Shown here: positions 28,732 through 44,054 of the stretch, one piece after another | Position numbering within the stretch: position 1 is the first letter of the stretch | Layout of the letters: every line of letters begins with the position of its first letter | Source of the DNA: Chrysomallon squamiferum | Taxonomy: Eukaryota; Animalia; Mollusca | Assembly: GCA_012295275.1 (NCBI GenBank) | Contig: CM022667.1 | Coordinates: 3,534,001-3,598,000, forward strand | Reading direction: 5' to 3' | DNA: 64,000 bases | The notes under the pieces: generated by a model | Told to the model about the DNA's origin: nothing | Seen by the model: only the letters and a program-made list of their open reading frames with translations | Database searches by the model: none | Position numbers and translations under genes: made by a program

Positions 28732-29045
28732 ATTATTACTATTATTAATTAAATAATTAATTAAACAAATGTGTTGTGGAAAGTTTCGTGATACCCTACA
28801 AACACACTGATACTTTCTGTGTGTGTGTAAAAATGCTATTGTGTAGCTGGGACAGGCTAATTTTCACCTCCAACGCTGTCGTGACGTTGTGTGTTGTGGT
28901 CACCTGTTAGGAACAATGAGACAAGTGCTTCGACAGGTAATTACACCTTTGTTCTCGTTAGCTTTCAGGTTGATAGCCTTGGTCAGCGAGGCTTGACCGC
29001 AGTGGGCTTCCGAACCGGTCAAGTAGTTAACTGCGTACAGGATGT

Positions 29046-29420
<375 letters not shown>

Positions 29421-29922
29421 AGTATGTTTATATGTCTGTCAGTGATACATATTTATATTACCTGCATTTTATATCTGTATCTGTTTATCATATGTATACT
29501 ATGTGTGTGTGATTGTGTGTCTGTGTACATTTCACAGATATTTACCTGTGTGCATTACCTGTGTGTGTGCAGGTAACACAACAAGACAGGTGGGAATAAA
29601 CACTGATAATGCAATGACGTGTGTTTTCTTGCCTGTGACTCTCTCCACCTGTTGCCACACCTTTTTCTCCGCCTTCTATATGGATCTTACAGTGACTTAG
29701 AGGATGTTTTAAAAAAACACAGAGAATACATTCTGAATGCATCACTATTTTACCTGTTTTGTTGCAGCATTTTATCAGTGATATTACTAACACATAAATC
29801 AAATTAATATTATTTAATTTATTATATTTGATGTTCTTTTTTTTCCTCTTTTTTTTTTTATCCTTTCTCTTTTATATATTTTTATTTTTTATTTTTTTAT
29901 TTATTCTTTTTCTTAAAAAAAA

Positions 29923-29955
<33 letters not shown>

Positions 29956-30609
29956 TTATTTTCTGTATCCTGTCTGATATGAGGTATAATTTTTATAATT
30001 TTATTTTAATATTAGTTTCAGGGAAATGTAATCATCAGTTGTATTAAAAAGATAGTTCATTAAGTTAAATTTTGATTGGTAAAAAAAAAATAAAAAAATA
30101 AAAGATGATAATAATCCGATGTACACCTGCATTTTATAATCAAGAATTTAGAATAAATTTACCTTCATACCCAGTCACAAATCATTTTAGTCAGTTTCAA
30201 ATGAGAATATTTTTGAAATGAAAAAAAGAAGAAAAAAAACACATTTTTTTTTTTTTTTTTTTTTTTTTTATCCTTTTTTTTTTTTTTTTCTTTAATGTAT
30301 TTTTTGGGGGGTGAGGGGGAAATAATTTTTACAAATGACTCATTTATTTAAAAAAAAAAACAATCTGTTATTTTATATCTCTATTTTTATTTAAAATTCC
30401 ATCTTTCTTTTGTGTGTGTGTGTGTGTGTGTTAAATAAACAGATATTTTACATATAAAAATAAAATACATAAATTTGAGACACTTTTTAGCAATCTTTAT
30501 TTGTTTGTTGTTTTTGTTTATGTATTTATTTTTTTATAATTCTTTTTTAAAGATGAAACAAGTAAAAGAAATCTATTGTTAGTCACACTAATACTAAATC
30601 ATAGTCCCA

Positions 30610-31030
30610 TCCAAGCATAAGTTATGCTTTTTTCTCACTTAAGTACTGTGCAGAAGTTACTCTTTTCTCTTCCTCTCTGAAGAGGTTAGATGCTTAGCTG
30701 CTCTTTTAAAACCACAGAGGTTACATCTCTGACAATTTATATCAAAACAGCATAGGTTGTGCTTTTTGCTATAACTGTATTACAACAGCAAAGATTACGC
30801 AGAGTTACAAAAAAAAAACACAGGTAGAGAAGAATTTTGTTTTTACTTCTAGCATCAAACCAGCATGTGTTATGCTTTTTCAACAACACAGACATGCAGA
30901 AGCTATACTTTTTTTGCCATATTTAGCTAAACAGCTAAAGTTACCAGTAACACACAAAACTATATATATATAAAACAAAATCAAATTTTGTTTTTTTTTT
31001 AAAAATACAAATCTGCAGAGGATATGCATT
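30610..31030. repeat. Highly degenerate repeat array with core GCAKARGTTAYRCTTT
   Basis: About 10 variants (gcataagttatgcttt, gcagaagttactcttt, acagaggttacatct, gcataggttgtgcttt, gcatgtgttatgcttt, gcagaagctatacttt, gcagaggatatgcatt) at 30-45 bp spacing. Confidence 0.6.
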
Positions 31031-31300
31031 TGTTTTGCTATTTTTAATCTGAAATAATTAAATATTTTAGATGAGATTTTTTTTTTTTTTTACTGTGGTA
31101 TAATCTGTTTTTATTTTAGTTTATTAACTTAACTAGTGATGAATAATAATTACATAGCCTGAAAATCCATAGCTGATTATGTTCTGTGTTCTGAAATGTC
31201 AGAGTACAATGAAATTGATTATGTGCAAATTGCATGAAACTCCAAAAATAAGGAAACACAACAGCATAGAGACAACATTGTTTACACGTCAACAAGATGT

Positions 31301-31628
31301 AATTAATTAATTCTTTTTTACATACCTGTAATAAACTTTTTAATTAAAATGAAAAGCTATAAATAAGCAACTAGGTGAAATAATTATTATCATTACGATG
31401 AAAATGCTGGATGTGAAAAAAAAAAAATCCATTGAATTCTTGAGCTGTATCATTTGGTAACAATTAATTAATTCTTTTTTTTTTTTTTTTTTTTCATACC
31501 TGTAATAAACCTCTTTTTTTAATTAAAATAAAAGCCATAAATAAGCAACAGATGAAATAATGATTCTCATTACCATGAAAATGTGGAGCAGAAATCTATT
31601 AAATTCTTGAGCTGTATCATTTGTTAAC
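31301..31628. repeat. Tandem direct duplication, ~160 bp x2
   Basis: AATTAATTAATTCTTTT..CATACCTGTAATAAAC..ATAAATAAGCAAC..AATTCTTGAGCTGTATCATTTG occurs at 31301-31461 and 31462-31628. Confidence 0.92.
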
Positions 31629-31754
31629 TGAGATGCATAACAATAAAAGAAGAAAAAGATTTATATCAAAATGTAATACTCAGTTACTGGTTTAACTATA
31701 CATGTAGTACACTGCCAGTGAAGGAAAAACATTAGTATAACAAAGTATTAATTA

Positions 31755-31932
31755 AAATATGTATTAATAAATAGTACATTAATTAGTAGAACAAAGTATT
31801 AATGAACTGAACAGAAGACAGTTATGAATAATTATACAATGTATTAAAAATATGTATTAATAAATAGTACATTGATTAGTAGAACAAAGTATTAATGAAC
31901 TGAACAGAAGGCAATTATGAATAATTATACAA
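31755..31932. repeat. Tandem direct duplication, ~93 bp x2 (partial third copy near 31978)
   Basis: AAAATATGTATTAATAAATAGTACATTRATTAGTAGAACAAAGTATTAATGAACTGAACAGAAG occurs twice. Confidence 0.92.
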
Positions 31933-33708
31933 AGTTTTACTTAGTTTACTAGTAGAAATTAGTATAAAAAACGTATTAAAATATGTATTAAAAATAGCAC
32001 ATTAATAATAAAAAAATAAGTCTCCTTTTAATTTGCTTTCAAAGATTTGTTGTAATTAAGTATATTACTGTTATGTAAGTATGTGTGTGTTATTATTTTT
32101 ATAGTTGTGTTATTATTTTAAAGTGTTTACTTCTCTCGCTTAGAATTCTGCTTTTATACTTTACTTGTTTCTGAAAAAAAAAAAAAAAAAAAAAATTAAG
32201 AAAGAACTTTAGCAGACTAAATTATTATTAATTTTGTTTTTCTAAAATATTAACTTCCCTACCCTTCCCTGGTGTTTTTCTTTTTTTAAACATCTTTTCC
32301 AGACATAATTATATTTTTTTCTGCCATGTTACATTCTTCCAGCCTCCCTTGGGGCTCCAACTTTTTCTATTTTTAAATTTTTAATTTCATTAAAGAAATG
32401 CTGCAGACTTAATTATTTTTTTTTTTAATTATTAGTGTTCTGTCTTGTTTTCCCCTTTCATTCCTTCGGTTATTTCTTCCACCTTCCTTCCTTCTCTGTC
32501 TTTCTCACACCATTATATTACTCTTCCATATCCCTCACTATCTGTTTCTTCCTCTACATATTCAGATATTCTTATTCCTAATCGCCATTATTAATTTATT
32601 TTCACTTCGTTTTAACATTCCTTCTTCCAATCCCCGTACTAATTCCCCCTTTCCTATTCCTCCCCTATTTCACTGATTCCCCCCCTTATCTTTCACCCAT
32701 CCTTTTAATGTTCCTCTTCATACCTCATCATATCTTCCCCCCCCTCAGTGAGGTATTCCTTAGTTGTTACCCAGTCTTCATTTCTTCCTTTCCCCAACCT
32801 GCCATAATGATTCTCTTATTAATCATACTCCTTATGAATCTTTTACTACCACACCCTTCCTCCCAGTTCATCCCATCCCCCCTCACCTTCAACCTCCTTT
32901 CTAGTGCTCCTACTTTTTCCTCACCAACCCTCAAGCTCTTCAGTTCCAGTCTAACCTCCCTTCCCCACCCTAAAGCTCCTCCCTTCCCCACCCTAATGCT
33001 CCACCCTCCCTTTCCCCCTCCGTGTCTTTTTTTTTGTTTTTGTTTTTTCTTCTTTCTTTTTTTTTTTTTGGCTCCTGACCCAGATGCACAGACACACACA
33101 CACAGACAGACAAGAAACCATATTTCTGCTCCCCTCTTTGCTAACCTCTTTCTTTAACAACACCATTAACCTTTGCGAGTCCCGTTTGCTAAATGTGTGA
33201 GATTCAGCCTGGTAATTAGAATATTGTACACTGTGTGTCTATCTATTGATTTCTTTCTTTCATTTGCTTGTCAGGCGCGTTAAAAATAATTTCCTTTCTC
33301 CGAACTGCTCTAATTATTATGGTGACTAGGATGTTTGCTTAGTGGGTGACCCGCTGTCCTCAAAAGTCTTTCCAACGAAGCTGTACAAGATGGCATATTG
33401 TGCGGAGGAATGTCTTCTTATGGGAATAATTATTTGCCGTTTATTTCATAGGCGGTTGGTTGGTTGGTTGGTTGGTGCATAATTCATGTAGCTCTGTTTT
33501 TCTAGTGGTTTTTTTTTTTTTTTTTTTTTGAAAATACAGCCAGATCTGATTTCATCTAGTGTTTTGTAGGAGGCTTGGCCATCATTGAAAAATGACTGCA
33601 GTTAATATTAAGTCTCTTGTAATGTTCGTTCTATTGTTGTTTGGGGTTTTTGTTTTTTTTATTAATTTTGTTTTTTTTTTTTTTTTATTTTAATTTTTTT
33701 TTTTTAAA

Positions 33709-33744
<36 letters not shown>

Positions 33745-34163
33745 GTCATGTCTCCTTTTTAAAAAAAAAAATTATATATATGTATTTGTAAAGAGATGTT
33801 TGAATAGGCTCAGAGAATGTTTTAAACAATAGGCTGTCTGTCTGTCTGTCTGTCTGTCTGAAAGGGTGGATTGTTGTCGACAGTCTTGGTACTGATGTGT
33901 GTTTGTGTATTGAGTTTCTAGTTTAATTGTTTGTTTTGCATATTTAGTTAATAAAAGGCATCATGGTCTTTAAAATATAAATAAGAAAATAGTTTAATTT
34001 TGTTAATATTGAGATGGTTTTTGGTGTGGTTTTATTGTTGTTTCATCCTCTGGTTTGTTGTTAATGATATATAGTTTTGGGATCTTTTTTTTTTTTATTA
34101 ATTTATTTAAAGTAATTTTCAAAACAATCCTTACTGCTACAAACAACAACAACAACAACAACA

Positions 34164-34206
<43 letters not shown>

Positions 34207-36354
34207 TTACTACTATCACTGTTATACTACTATCAACATAATCATTATCATCATCGTCATCATCATCATAATCTTCATCATCATCATCACTATTTTCTTT
34301 ATCCCTAAAAATAATTAATTTTAAAATTAGATTATTTTTCATTTCTTATTTCTATCAAAGCTTTACTTCCAAACTTTTATCCCAAATTCTTTATCTTAAT
34401 CTCTCCAACAAACACTCAGTACCTTTCTCCCCCCCACCACATCACCCAAATCTAATTATACATGCAAATTAATGCGACCCAGTTTTCACACCCGCTGACC
34501 AAAAGCTGGTCTCTGTAATCAACATTTCTGACCAGTGTGGTGGTCACTGTGGACACATTAAGTAACTCGACTAATTTCAACAGGTACTGTTTGCCCCCCA
34601 CCCCAAACCCACCCCCAGGCCACGCCAGGATTACTTTTATTGTTTCTCCACTGTTTGTCCAAGGCTTCACTCAATCTTGGCCTTTTCTTTCCGTTTTTGT
34701 TTAGTCTTTCATTTATCGTTTTGTTTAGCCTTGATGACTGGACCAGGGTAGAAGTAGTCAGGCCAGGCCACTCGTATTATTCAAAGGACTTCCAATCAAA
34801 AATCTGTTTTGCCCCGAGGGCCTTGGTTATAATACAAACTTGCCAGAAATACAGAATATTTTGATCATATTAATGTTTCCATCTAACAGGACAATCTCTC
34901 TCTCTGTGTCTCTCTGCGTGTTTGTGTTGAGATTATCAGCGCAATCTGGTCCTCCGCGTCTTCTGATTCAGTTGTCAACGTTGGTGACATCACAAGCGGT
35001 TTCGTTTATTGCCTCAGTGTCAGCTCCCCACCTTTCCTGGTGGGTGTGGTCTCCCCCATCACCGCCTTACGATTGTGAAAACTGGGCTCTGATCATCTGT
35101 GATGCATATTACAAACAATCTGACATCTTCTTCAGTGATAATAGTTTTGACGGTTAATAATAATAATAACGATAATAAAGTATTATGTGTTGTTATTTTT
35201 ATTTATTTTTTATTTATTTATTACTATTATTTTTTTATTTATTACTATTATTTTTTTATTTATGTATTTATTTATATATATATATTTTTTTTTTTGAATG
35301 ATTTTATTTTATTTTAAATTCTTAAATTTAAGCCAAAAATAATAAACAAACAAACAAACAAACAAACAAGAAAAAAGAGTTTAGATAATGTCCTATGATA
35401 GCTTACATCCTGTTTGTTTGTCGACTTGTTGTTTTGAAATGTTTTTGTTGCTGATTATAACAAATATCTGTGCTGGGTGACAATGTAGATGTTTATCTCT
35501 CATAATTTGATACTTGTCACTTAAAGCTTATGAAAGGATATTAAATAAGAGCCGGTTTTTTACTTTCAGTTCTCTTCTCTAACTTTTTCTTTATTTTTAT
35601 TTTCTTCTTCTGTTTTGGGGTTTTTTTTTAGATTTTTTTTTGTTTGTTTGTTTGTCTGTTTCTTTTCTTAATTTTGTGCTTTTTTAATTTATTTTTAATT
35701 CTTCTTTTCTTTTTAATTTCTGTTCTTTTTATATTGGTTCTTTATTTCTTTCAGCTTTTTCTGTTTGTTTTTTTTAGATTTTTTCCCATTTTTTTTCCTT
35801 AGAATTGAAACATTTTTGATTTTTTCAAAAATGTTTTCATTTCAATTTTTTTTTTACTTTCATTTATTCTTTTTTCTTTCCATTCTTTGAATATACTGTA
35901 TTTGTATGTTTCTATTTCTGGCTATCAATATACAATTGATTTCATTCATAACAACTGTGCTGTCAAATAGTTTAATTTTTTTTCTTTTTTTTTTTTTTTT
36001 TTTTTTGTTGTTGTTTTTTTTTTGTTTTTTTTAAATGTTAAAATAATGCTACAATTAAAGCAAAATTAATTTAAAACAGTGAACAGTCTCCATTTGATTA
36101 ATTTTGAATTTATTTTTCACTTCTTTGCATATTGAAAAATAATACCTATTTGTGTTTATGTTGGATATTTTATTTTTTTTGGGGGTAAATTAATTTATAA
36201 TATCTGTATATAATTATGTCTGAAGATACTGAGATTGAAATAAACAGTTTTTGTTTAAATTAAAATGTAATTTTATGCTTGAATATGTAGGCTTGTTTGT
36301 GTTTTTGTATTTATGTATAATATATATAAGTATTTTATTATTAGGTAGGTTGGA

Positions 36355-36390
<36 letters not shown>

Positions 36391-37339
36391 TATATGCATG
36401 CATTTGTAGTAAATTGCTAGGTTTTAATAATATACGTGTGTTTGTATATATCATGCTCATCTGCACACACATTTGAAAGTCACACATTAAGAACTATACA
36501 TTCTATTTTTAATCTGAGACCATAACAACAGGCAGAATGTCAGGAGAATCTATTTTTCTTAATTTAACTGTTTAAAAATCCCCTCAGCCATTCATTCTTC
36601 TAAAGAATCCAGATAAGATTAGCGACCCGGCACCCCCGTGTCGAAAAGTGGACCTGCCCGTTGACTGGCCAGTGCCCTGCTACTGTGCAGAGGACAGATC
36701 TTTCAACAGGCAAGTCAAAGGGATTTATGGGGTGATCTGCATGGGAATTCACCTGTTGATTATTCTAACAGGCCTGCTGATGGTTTAATTGGGTTATGAC
36801 TCATCTCGGAACAGAGCCGTTCGTTCGGCTTTAAGCACCTTTTTAACTTTTCTTATGGTCAGCCATTTTGTCTTCTGCTTTTTCTTGTTTTGTTTCGTTT
36901 TCTTTTCTTTTTTTTTTGTTTCTTTGGTTTTCTTTGATTATTATTGTTGTTGTTGTTGTTGTTGATGTTATTATTATTATTATTATTATTATTAATATTT
37001 ATTTATTTATTTATTATGTTTCTTTTTAATTATTAGTAATTTTATTTTTTATTAATATTATTACTGGGGTTGGGTTTTTTTTTGAGTTTTATTTGTTATT
37101 TATTTGTTATTTTATTTGTTATTTTTTTTTATTATTTTTATTTATTTGTTAATTATGGTTAATTTTTTTTTTTTTTTAATTTAATTTACTTATCATTTAA
37201 TAATTATTTGTTACTAATTTTATTATTTAAGTTTTATTATTATTATTTTTTTTTTCTTTACCTCTTTTTAAGACAGAATAATAATGATAATAAGCTGTCA
37301 TTATAATGAGGGAGAATTTTTTTTTTTTTTTTAAATATT

Positions 37340-37374
<35 letters not shown>

Positions 37375-38248
37375 AAAATAAACTGTAATTGTTGGGAACC
37401 ATCCTTAAATTATAACAAATTTAGCAGTGGGAGATTGTGTAACCTTTAAAATTAATAGCAAGACTGCAGTTCATACAAAATAAAGTTAATTTTTCTCTTC
37501 CTATTATTTGTCAGCTTCACAATTACTTAGCTGGAAAATTTATTTATTTATTTATTGTTATTTACTGTTAGTTTTATTTATTTATTTATTTATTTACTTA
37601 TTTATTGTTATTTATTTACGTATTTATTGTTATTTAGTTAGTTATTTATTTGTTTGTTTTAGCTTTCACACATAGATTTACAAACACACACACGTATGTA
37701 CATACATACATACATACATACATACATAAATATATACATATATACATACATAAGCAACATACATAGACATACACAAACACACACACACATTCACATACAC
37801 ACACACACACACATTCACACACACACACACACACATTACATTTAGATTTCTAATAACTACAAAGACACTTTTAAATTGTTTCACATCATACTGTGACATT
37901 ATTAACGGCTATTGGCTTTTCAAAGTATACTGAACAAAACAAAGTTAGGGATCATGGGAATTTATTGTGTTGAATTTCATACGGTTTATGTTATTAAGCA
38001 GTGAATGCTATGACCTGTAACCAAGAAAGAAAAATGTGAATTAAAACCTTGGAATGCACACTGACTCTAAATTGGCTAAAATCACTGAGATAAACAGAAA
38101 TGAAACATATGTAATGTTTTAAATTTTTATTTCTGTTTATTATCATCAACAACGTTTTAAGTTATTTTATTAATATTTTGTATTTTAATTTTCTTTATAC
38201 ATACATTTATATCTACCTGTCTGTCCATTCATTTGTGTGTGTGTGTGT

Positions 38249-38299
<51 letters not shown>

Positions 38300-38960
38300 G
38301 TGTGTGTGTGTAAAACACAGATTAAAAACACACACAAACATATAGTTTGTTGTTGTTTTATTTTTTTTCCTTCAGTATCCTCACCCTCATTTTTTCATAA
38401 ATTTTATACAAAAATAACAAATAAACAGAATGCAGGTTTTGTTTTCCCCATTTACTGGAATGTGAGATGTCTGATCATAAAAGACAAAAATATTATGTTT
38501 ATCTCTCCACAGTCTTTTTTTTAATGTCCCCTTTCTTACCACTACACAATATAACAAACAACTACTACCACCACCACCACCACCACCACTGTCTGCTGCT
38601 GCTACTACCTGCATCACTTGCGATGGAAACTGAGAATTGTCCTTTTCACCTCGGAACCCTGCCACCGAATCCCGTGAAGTTTGCTACCCCATTCATAGTC
38701 GAGATGACACCAAGTAGAAAATGTTTTAACTGAAATTAAACAGAGCAGAAATTATGGTCGTAATGTTATTTTTTTTTTATTCTTTGTTTAGAAAGAAGAA
38801 TAGAAATTAAGATACAAATTCGCGGGTAACTTGAGATGCTGTGGTTTTTGCGTGCGATGATGTCCAGAGAATGATTTGACAAAAAAAAAAAAAAAAAAGT
38901 TTTTTTGTTTGGGGCTTTGTAAATAAAATCAGGGATGGGTGGGTAGAAATTAAGTCCATG

Positions 38961-39000
<40 letters not shown>

Positions 39001-39656
39001 CTTTGAACTTGTAGGTGATGAAACCTAATGAATAAATAGTTTGACAAACTTTTGTTAACTTTAAAAAACAAATAAATAAATAAAATAAATTTTATGGAAA
39101 TGACATTTGTTTAAAAAGAATGTAAATACAAACGATGCAGGATTTATACAGAATGATTATTTTGACACTTTTTTTTTTTTGGTTTGTTAAAAAATCAGAT
39201 AGAAATTATGTATATTAGTTACAATTTCTTGTCAAAGATGATTTGACAAGTATTTCAAACAGGACAGTAATTATTATATCTCTTGTTTTTATCTTTTTAA
39301 AACAAACAAGACTAGTTAATACGATACTGTTCCGGATATTGTTAACAAAAGATAATATTTGAACGTATCAGTAGTAAAATATTTGACAGATCTTTTTTCC
39401 TCTTTAAACAGTTAATGCAGAAATTACAAAAGGAGTTTTTAAATAACTGTAAGGAAGGTGATAGGTGTTTTCTTCATACAGTCCATAGGATGTTTTCACA
39501 GGTAAACATCTCTACCTGCTAAATTGTTTTTTGATTACTGATGTCAGAAAATGCTATCTTTTTTTAACAATATTAGAAGAATGTTTTAAGGAATTGTTAC
39601 ATTTGTTTTTTTTTGTTCTATTACTTACTGATCCATTCTGTTAAACTGTCTCCCCA

Positions 39657-39872
39657 ACCTCACACTACTATTCTTGTTTTCTAGTATTCAGCTACTCCAT
39701 CTAACACTACTATTCTGTTTTCTAGTATTCAACTAATCCATCTCATAGCCTTCTACCTCACACTACTATTCTTGTGTCTAGTATTCAACTGATCCGTCTC
39801 CCAGATTCCACCTAACACCACTATTCACAATAGTATTCGACTAATCCATCTCCTCACGCCTCCATCTAACAC
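39657..39872. repeat. Minisatellite, about 4 units of 40-60 bp
   Basis: Recurrent ACACTACTATTC..TAGTATTCAACTAATCCATCT. Confidence 0.85.
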
Positions 39873-40308
39873 TGTTCCAGTCTCCACCTTCACTTCCCAG
39901 ATTTCCACCCACCAGCTTTTCCCCCATCCCTCAGTCCACCCAAAAATCAGAGATCCACACCCAGACCCCTCCCCCAGCCTCAACCCTGCCAAATTCCACT
40001 GAGTAGCTTATCCACCTTGCCGTGTCCTTCCCCACCCCCCATGGGGATTCCCCGACACCCCTGGGGATTTTCAGAGATAACATTCACCATGGAATTATCT
40101 TTATAGCTTCTCGGCCATGTTAATGAGGCCCATCTTAAGTGGCGGGTGTGTCTCCGCTCTCCCACTCCTCACAATGGGTGGCCCGCAGAAGGAGAACCGA
40201 GCAGTGCTTGATATGCCGGGACCCTGGACATTTTTATTCCTATTTAATTATGTGTTTCTGGCCATTTAATCAGGCATTTCAGGGTCACTGTGTAGTTTTA
40301 ATAACCCG

Positions 40309-40345
<37 letters not shown>

Positions 40346-40555
40346 CTTGACCCCTGCCCGTAGTAGCTGATAGGTCTGTTTGAGTGAAATGCTGGCCGGT
40401 TAGAACATTAATGATTTTTGAAAACAGTTTTTGTTTTTTGCTAACTAACTCAACTGATGTGTTTGAGTTTTTTTTTTAATTTGTTTTTAAGAAGATGAAG
40501 CAAGAATGTAAGTTTTTGTAGGTAGGAGGGGGAGAAAGTATTTAGTGATGGAGTC

Positions 40556-40592
<37 letters not shown>

Positions 40593-41182
40593 TATAGGAT
40601 TGTGTGTGTGCACGTGACAGTATATGTGTATGTATCTGTGTACATATATGTTGTGTGTGTGTGTGTGTGTGTGTGTGTGCATTAGTTAATGTTTCCTTAT
40701 TTGTATCTCTTCATTTATTATTTCATTTATCAGCATTGTTTTATTTTATTTATTTTCTAAAATTTTACTTCTTAAATATAATTTATTACTTTTTTTTTTT
40801 TGAATATTTATTTTCACTTATTTGATTATTAATTTTTTTTAAACATCATTTAACTGACTTCATTAATTAATTTTTTTTTAGTTCATTAATATATTTTTTT
40901 GGTATAATATCTGATGTAATAAAGAAATCTTGCTACTGCAGTTGGTTAGCAGTAAGCAGTTTGTTTGTGTAAACCTACTCATCACAGGCAGCAAAATGCA
41001 TCTAACATTTAATTCGTTGGATATTATCCAGAGTGTGATACATAATTTCAGATGTTCAAAATAATAAATATTTCATTTCTCTAATATTCATCAGGTGGTG
41101 CTTAATTAGGAACTAATCATTACAAACAAGAAAGAAATTAAATCATAAGTACATTTTCTAAAACGAAGAAAGAGTCTTAAGA

Positions 41183-41340
41183 TAATAATAATAATAATAA
41201 TAATAATAATAGTAATAATAGTAATAGTAATAGTAATAATAATAGTAATAATAGTAATAGTAATAATAATAATAGTAATAGTAATAATAATAGTAATGAT
41301 GATGATGGTGATGATAGTAATAATGATATAACGATAATGA
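41183..41340. repeat. (AAT)n/(AGT)n/(GAT)n trinucleotide repeat
   Basis: Read directly. Confidence 0.95.
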
Positions 41341-42036
41341 TGACAAAGAAAAAAGACAGAAGATAATGAAAATAATTATGTGGCCATTGTTGTTTCATAT
41401 AACTGCTCTAACCAATAGGCCACAGGAAAATACAACCTACTCCTACCTAGCATGAGATATCTCATCAGATTTGGAAAAACTAACCAATAATAAAATATTC
41501 ATTAATTTAAACATTTAAAGTTCTGCGTAACTCTCTAGATTAAAAATCCAATGAAACAAAAATTTTAATTTAAAATTTAAAAAAAAATTAGAACCATTAA
41601 AAAGAGCCAGAAAAAGGGGAAAAAATCAACAACAAACAAATGAACTCATTAAAGGGTATTTTGCAAAAAAAAGTTAATAAGTTGTTTTGTTACAAATCAC
41701 ACAAATATGTTACGATTTGCCCCCACTAAGATATAACTGTATGTGTAAATAAACATACCATTCTACAGTGATTTTTACAATGGGTTAACCAGAAAAAAAT
41801 ATTTAAAAAAATGAAGATTTAATAATAAATAAATAAATAAATAATTATCGTAATCGATACATATTAAAATGAATAAATAAATAACGGTAATTAAAAATAA
41901 ATACAAATTTAGTTACATAAAATTAATAACGAAATCGATATGAAATTGTTTATTTTGAATGCAGACATCACACATTTGTAGTTAAATTTGAGAATATATA
42001 ATAACCCCCCAAGGGGTGTAAGTCCTCCCTTCACAC

Positions 42037-42100
42037 TCTGTAAAACAACCCTTCTGTAAAGCAACCCTTCTGTAAAACAACCATTCTGTAAAACAACCTT
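42037..42100. repeat. 16-bp tandem repeat x4 (TCTGTAAAACAACCCT)
   Basis: Four consecutive units with at most 1 mismatch each. Confidence 0.95.
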
Positions 42101-43666
42101 TACACTGAAAAGTTTTAAGCCAAAATGTACTTAATACGATTTATTTTTCAAATTAATATTTAATTTCTTTTTTTAATTTTTAAACAAACGATTATCAGTC
42201 ATGATGTAGGTTTTTAAAAGAAACTGCTTAATGATCTGGACTATTTAATTTCTAATTTATTACATTTGTTTGTTGTTTTTTTTTTTTTTTTAATGAAAAT
42301 TTCAGGTTTGCTGGTTCAGTGTTTAAAAATAAATTACTCGATCATTTTAATTAACTATTAAAGATTTACATTTTTAAAAAAAGATTTGAAAAAAAAAAAA
42401 AAAGTCAGTTTCATTGTATATGTTTCAGAAATAATTTACTTAATAATTTTAACTACTTAACTTTTTTTTTTTTTTTTTTTTTTTTATAGAAAATGTCAGT
42501 ATAACTACATTATCATTTGAACTCTTTTCAATTTTACAGAAAATCAGAATTTACAAACAATAATAATTTTACTGAAAAAATTCACAATTTTAAAAAGAAA
42601 TTCCACAATCATTTTTAACTATTTAAATTATCATTTTTCAAAAATCTTTTTTTTTTTTTTTTAAAAACAAACAGTCCAGGGGGTCATGGTTTATTTTGGT
42701 AACAAAAGACAATCCAGGTAAGGTGACTACCTTGTAGATGTGAATGCGCACCTGTTGATAATAATGGCGACTTTGTCTTGCTAACCGGTTTCCATGTCAT
42801 TAATTTGTGATAATTGCTAGAAAGCAAATAAAAATCTGACTACTAACTACTGCGACAATAGCCAGCAAGGCTTAAAACTTATAAATATGCTGATTTAATG
42901 TTTATCATCAGGTTATTATTTTACATACTTACTGTGCACAATTGAATCAGTCTTTCTCTTTTATTCACAGTCTTAATCACGTTTTCTTTTCATTTCTTAT
43001 ATAAAATTTTCTTTATAATTTTTTAATTTGTTTTTTGGTGGGTTTTTTTTTTTTTTTTTGTAGATATTTTTAGGGGCTTTTTATTGCATTTTTTTAAAAA
43101 TTTTGTTAATTTATAAAATATTTCTGTTGTTATGGTTGTCATTATTGTTATTATTATTAATAAGTATTCTTCTTCTTATTATTATTAATAATAATTTTTG
43201 CTTAGAATGTAGTCTAGTTATTTTTTTAAATTATTTATTCTGTTCTGTTCTATTTTCAATAACTACAAAGCAAACAAAAATCATTAAAAAAATCATCTAA
43301 ACTCATTTAACATCATCATTAACCATTAATCACCATTTTAAAAAAAAACCAGCACAGCTTTAATTACTGATAATAAATATATCAAACCCTGTAATTATTG
43401 GCAAACAAGATGTACAATTTTTAATAATATTTTTTTTTTTTTTTTTCTCTTTTTTTTTTTTTTTTCTCTTTTATTGCATGCATCTAGGTATTTTCTGTCA
43501 GCAATAGGTTATCATGAGTTGTACAGTTACAGCATTAGTTACATTTACATAAAGCAAATTAAATTAGTGTTGACTTCATCCAAGAAAACAGCTGTGATAT
43601 ATAATAATACCAGAGGTTTACTAAACTCTTGTATTACATGGGCTTGGCTAGGTTTTTATTTTTTAA

Positions 43667-43698
<32 letters not shown>

Positions 43699-43894
43699 TG
43701 TAACTGCTACTGATGTAAAAATAAATTTTATAGCTTCACTAATGACTGTGGGTAGTGTAGTGTTAGATAATTTTAGGGAAAGTAATTAATTCTGCAGTAA
43801 TCAGTTTTGTTTTGACATGTTTGTCTGTCGGAAATGATAACAAGGTGTTTAGGTGAGTGTTAGGATGCAGGATCTTACCTGGATGTGGCTGTGT

Positions 43895-43954
<60 letters not shown>

Positions 43955-44054
43955 GTGTGTGTGTGTGTGTGTGTACATTAGGCAATAACATTTATTACTT
44001 TATTCATTTATTTTTTATTTTTTTTTTTTTATTTTTATTTTATTCCAAATGCTT

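Noticed and set aside
42728-42745. TACCTTGTAGATGTGAAT resembling miR-10
   Set aside because: Mismatch within the seed and no complementary 3' arm to form a pre-miRNA hairpin.
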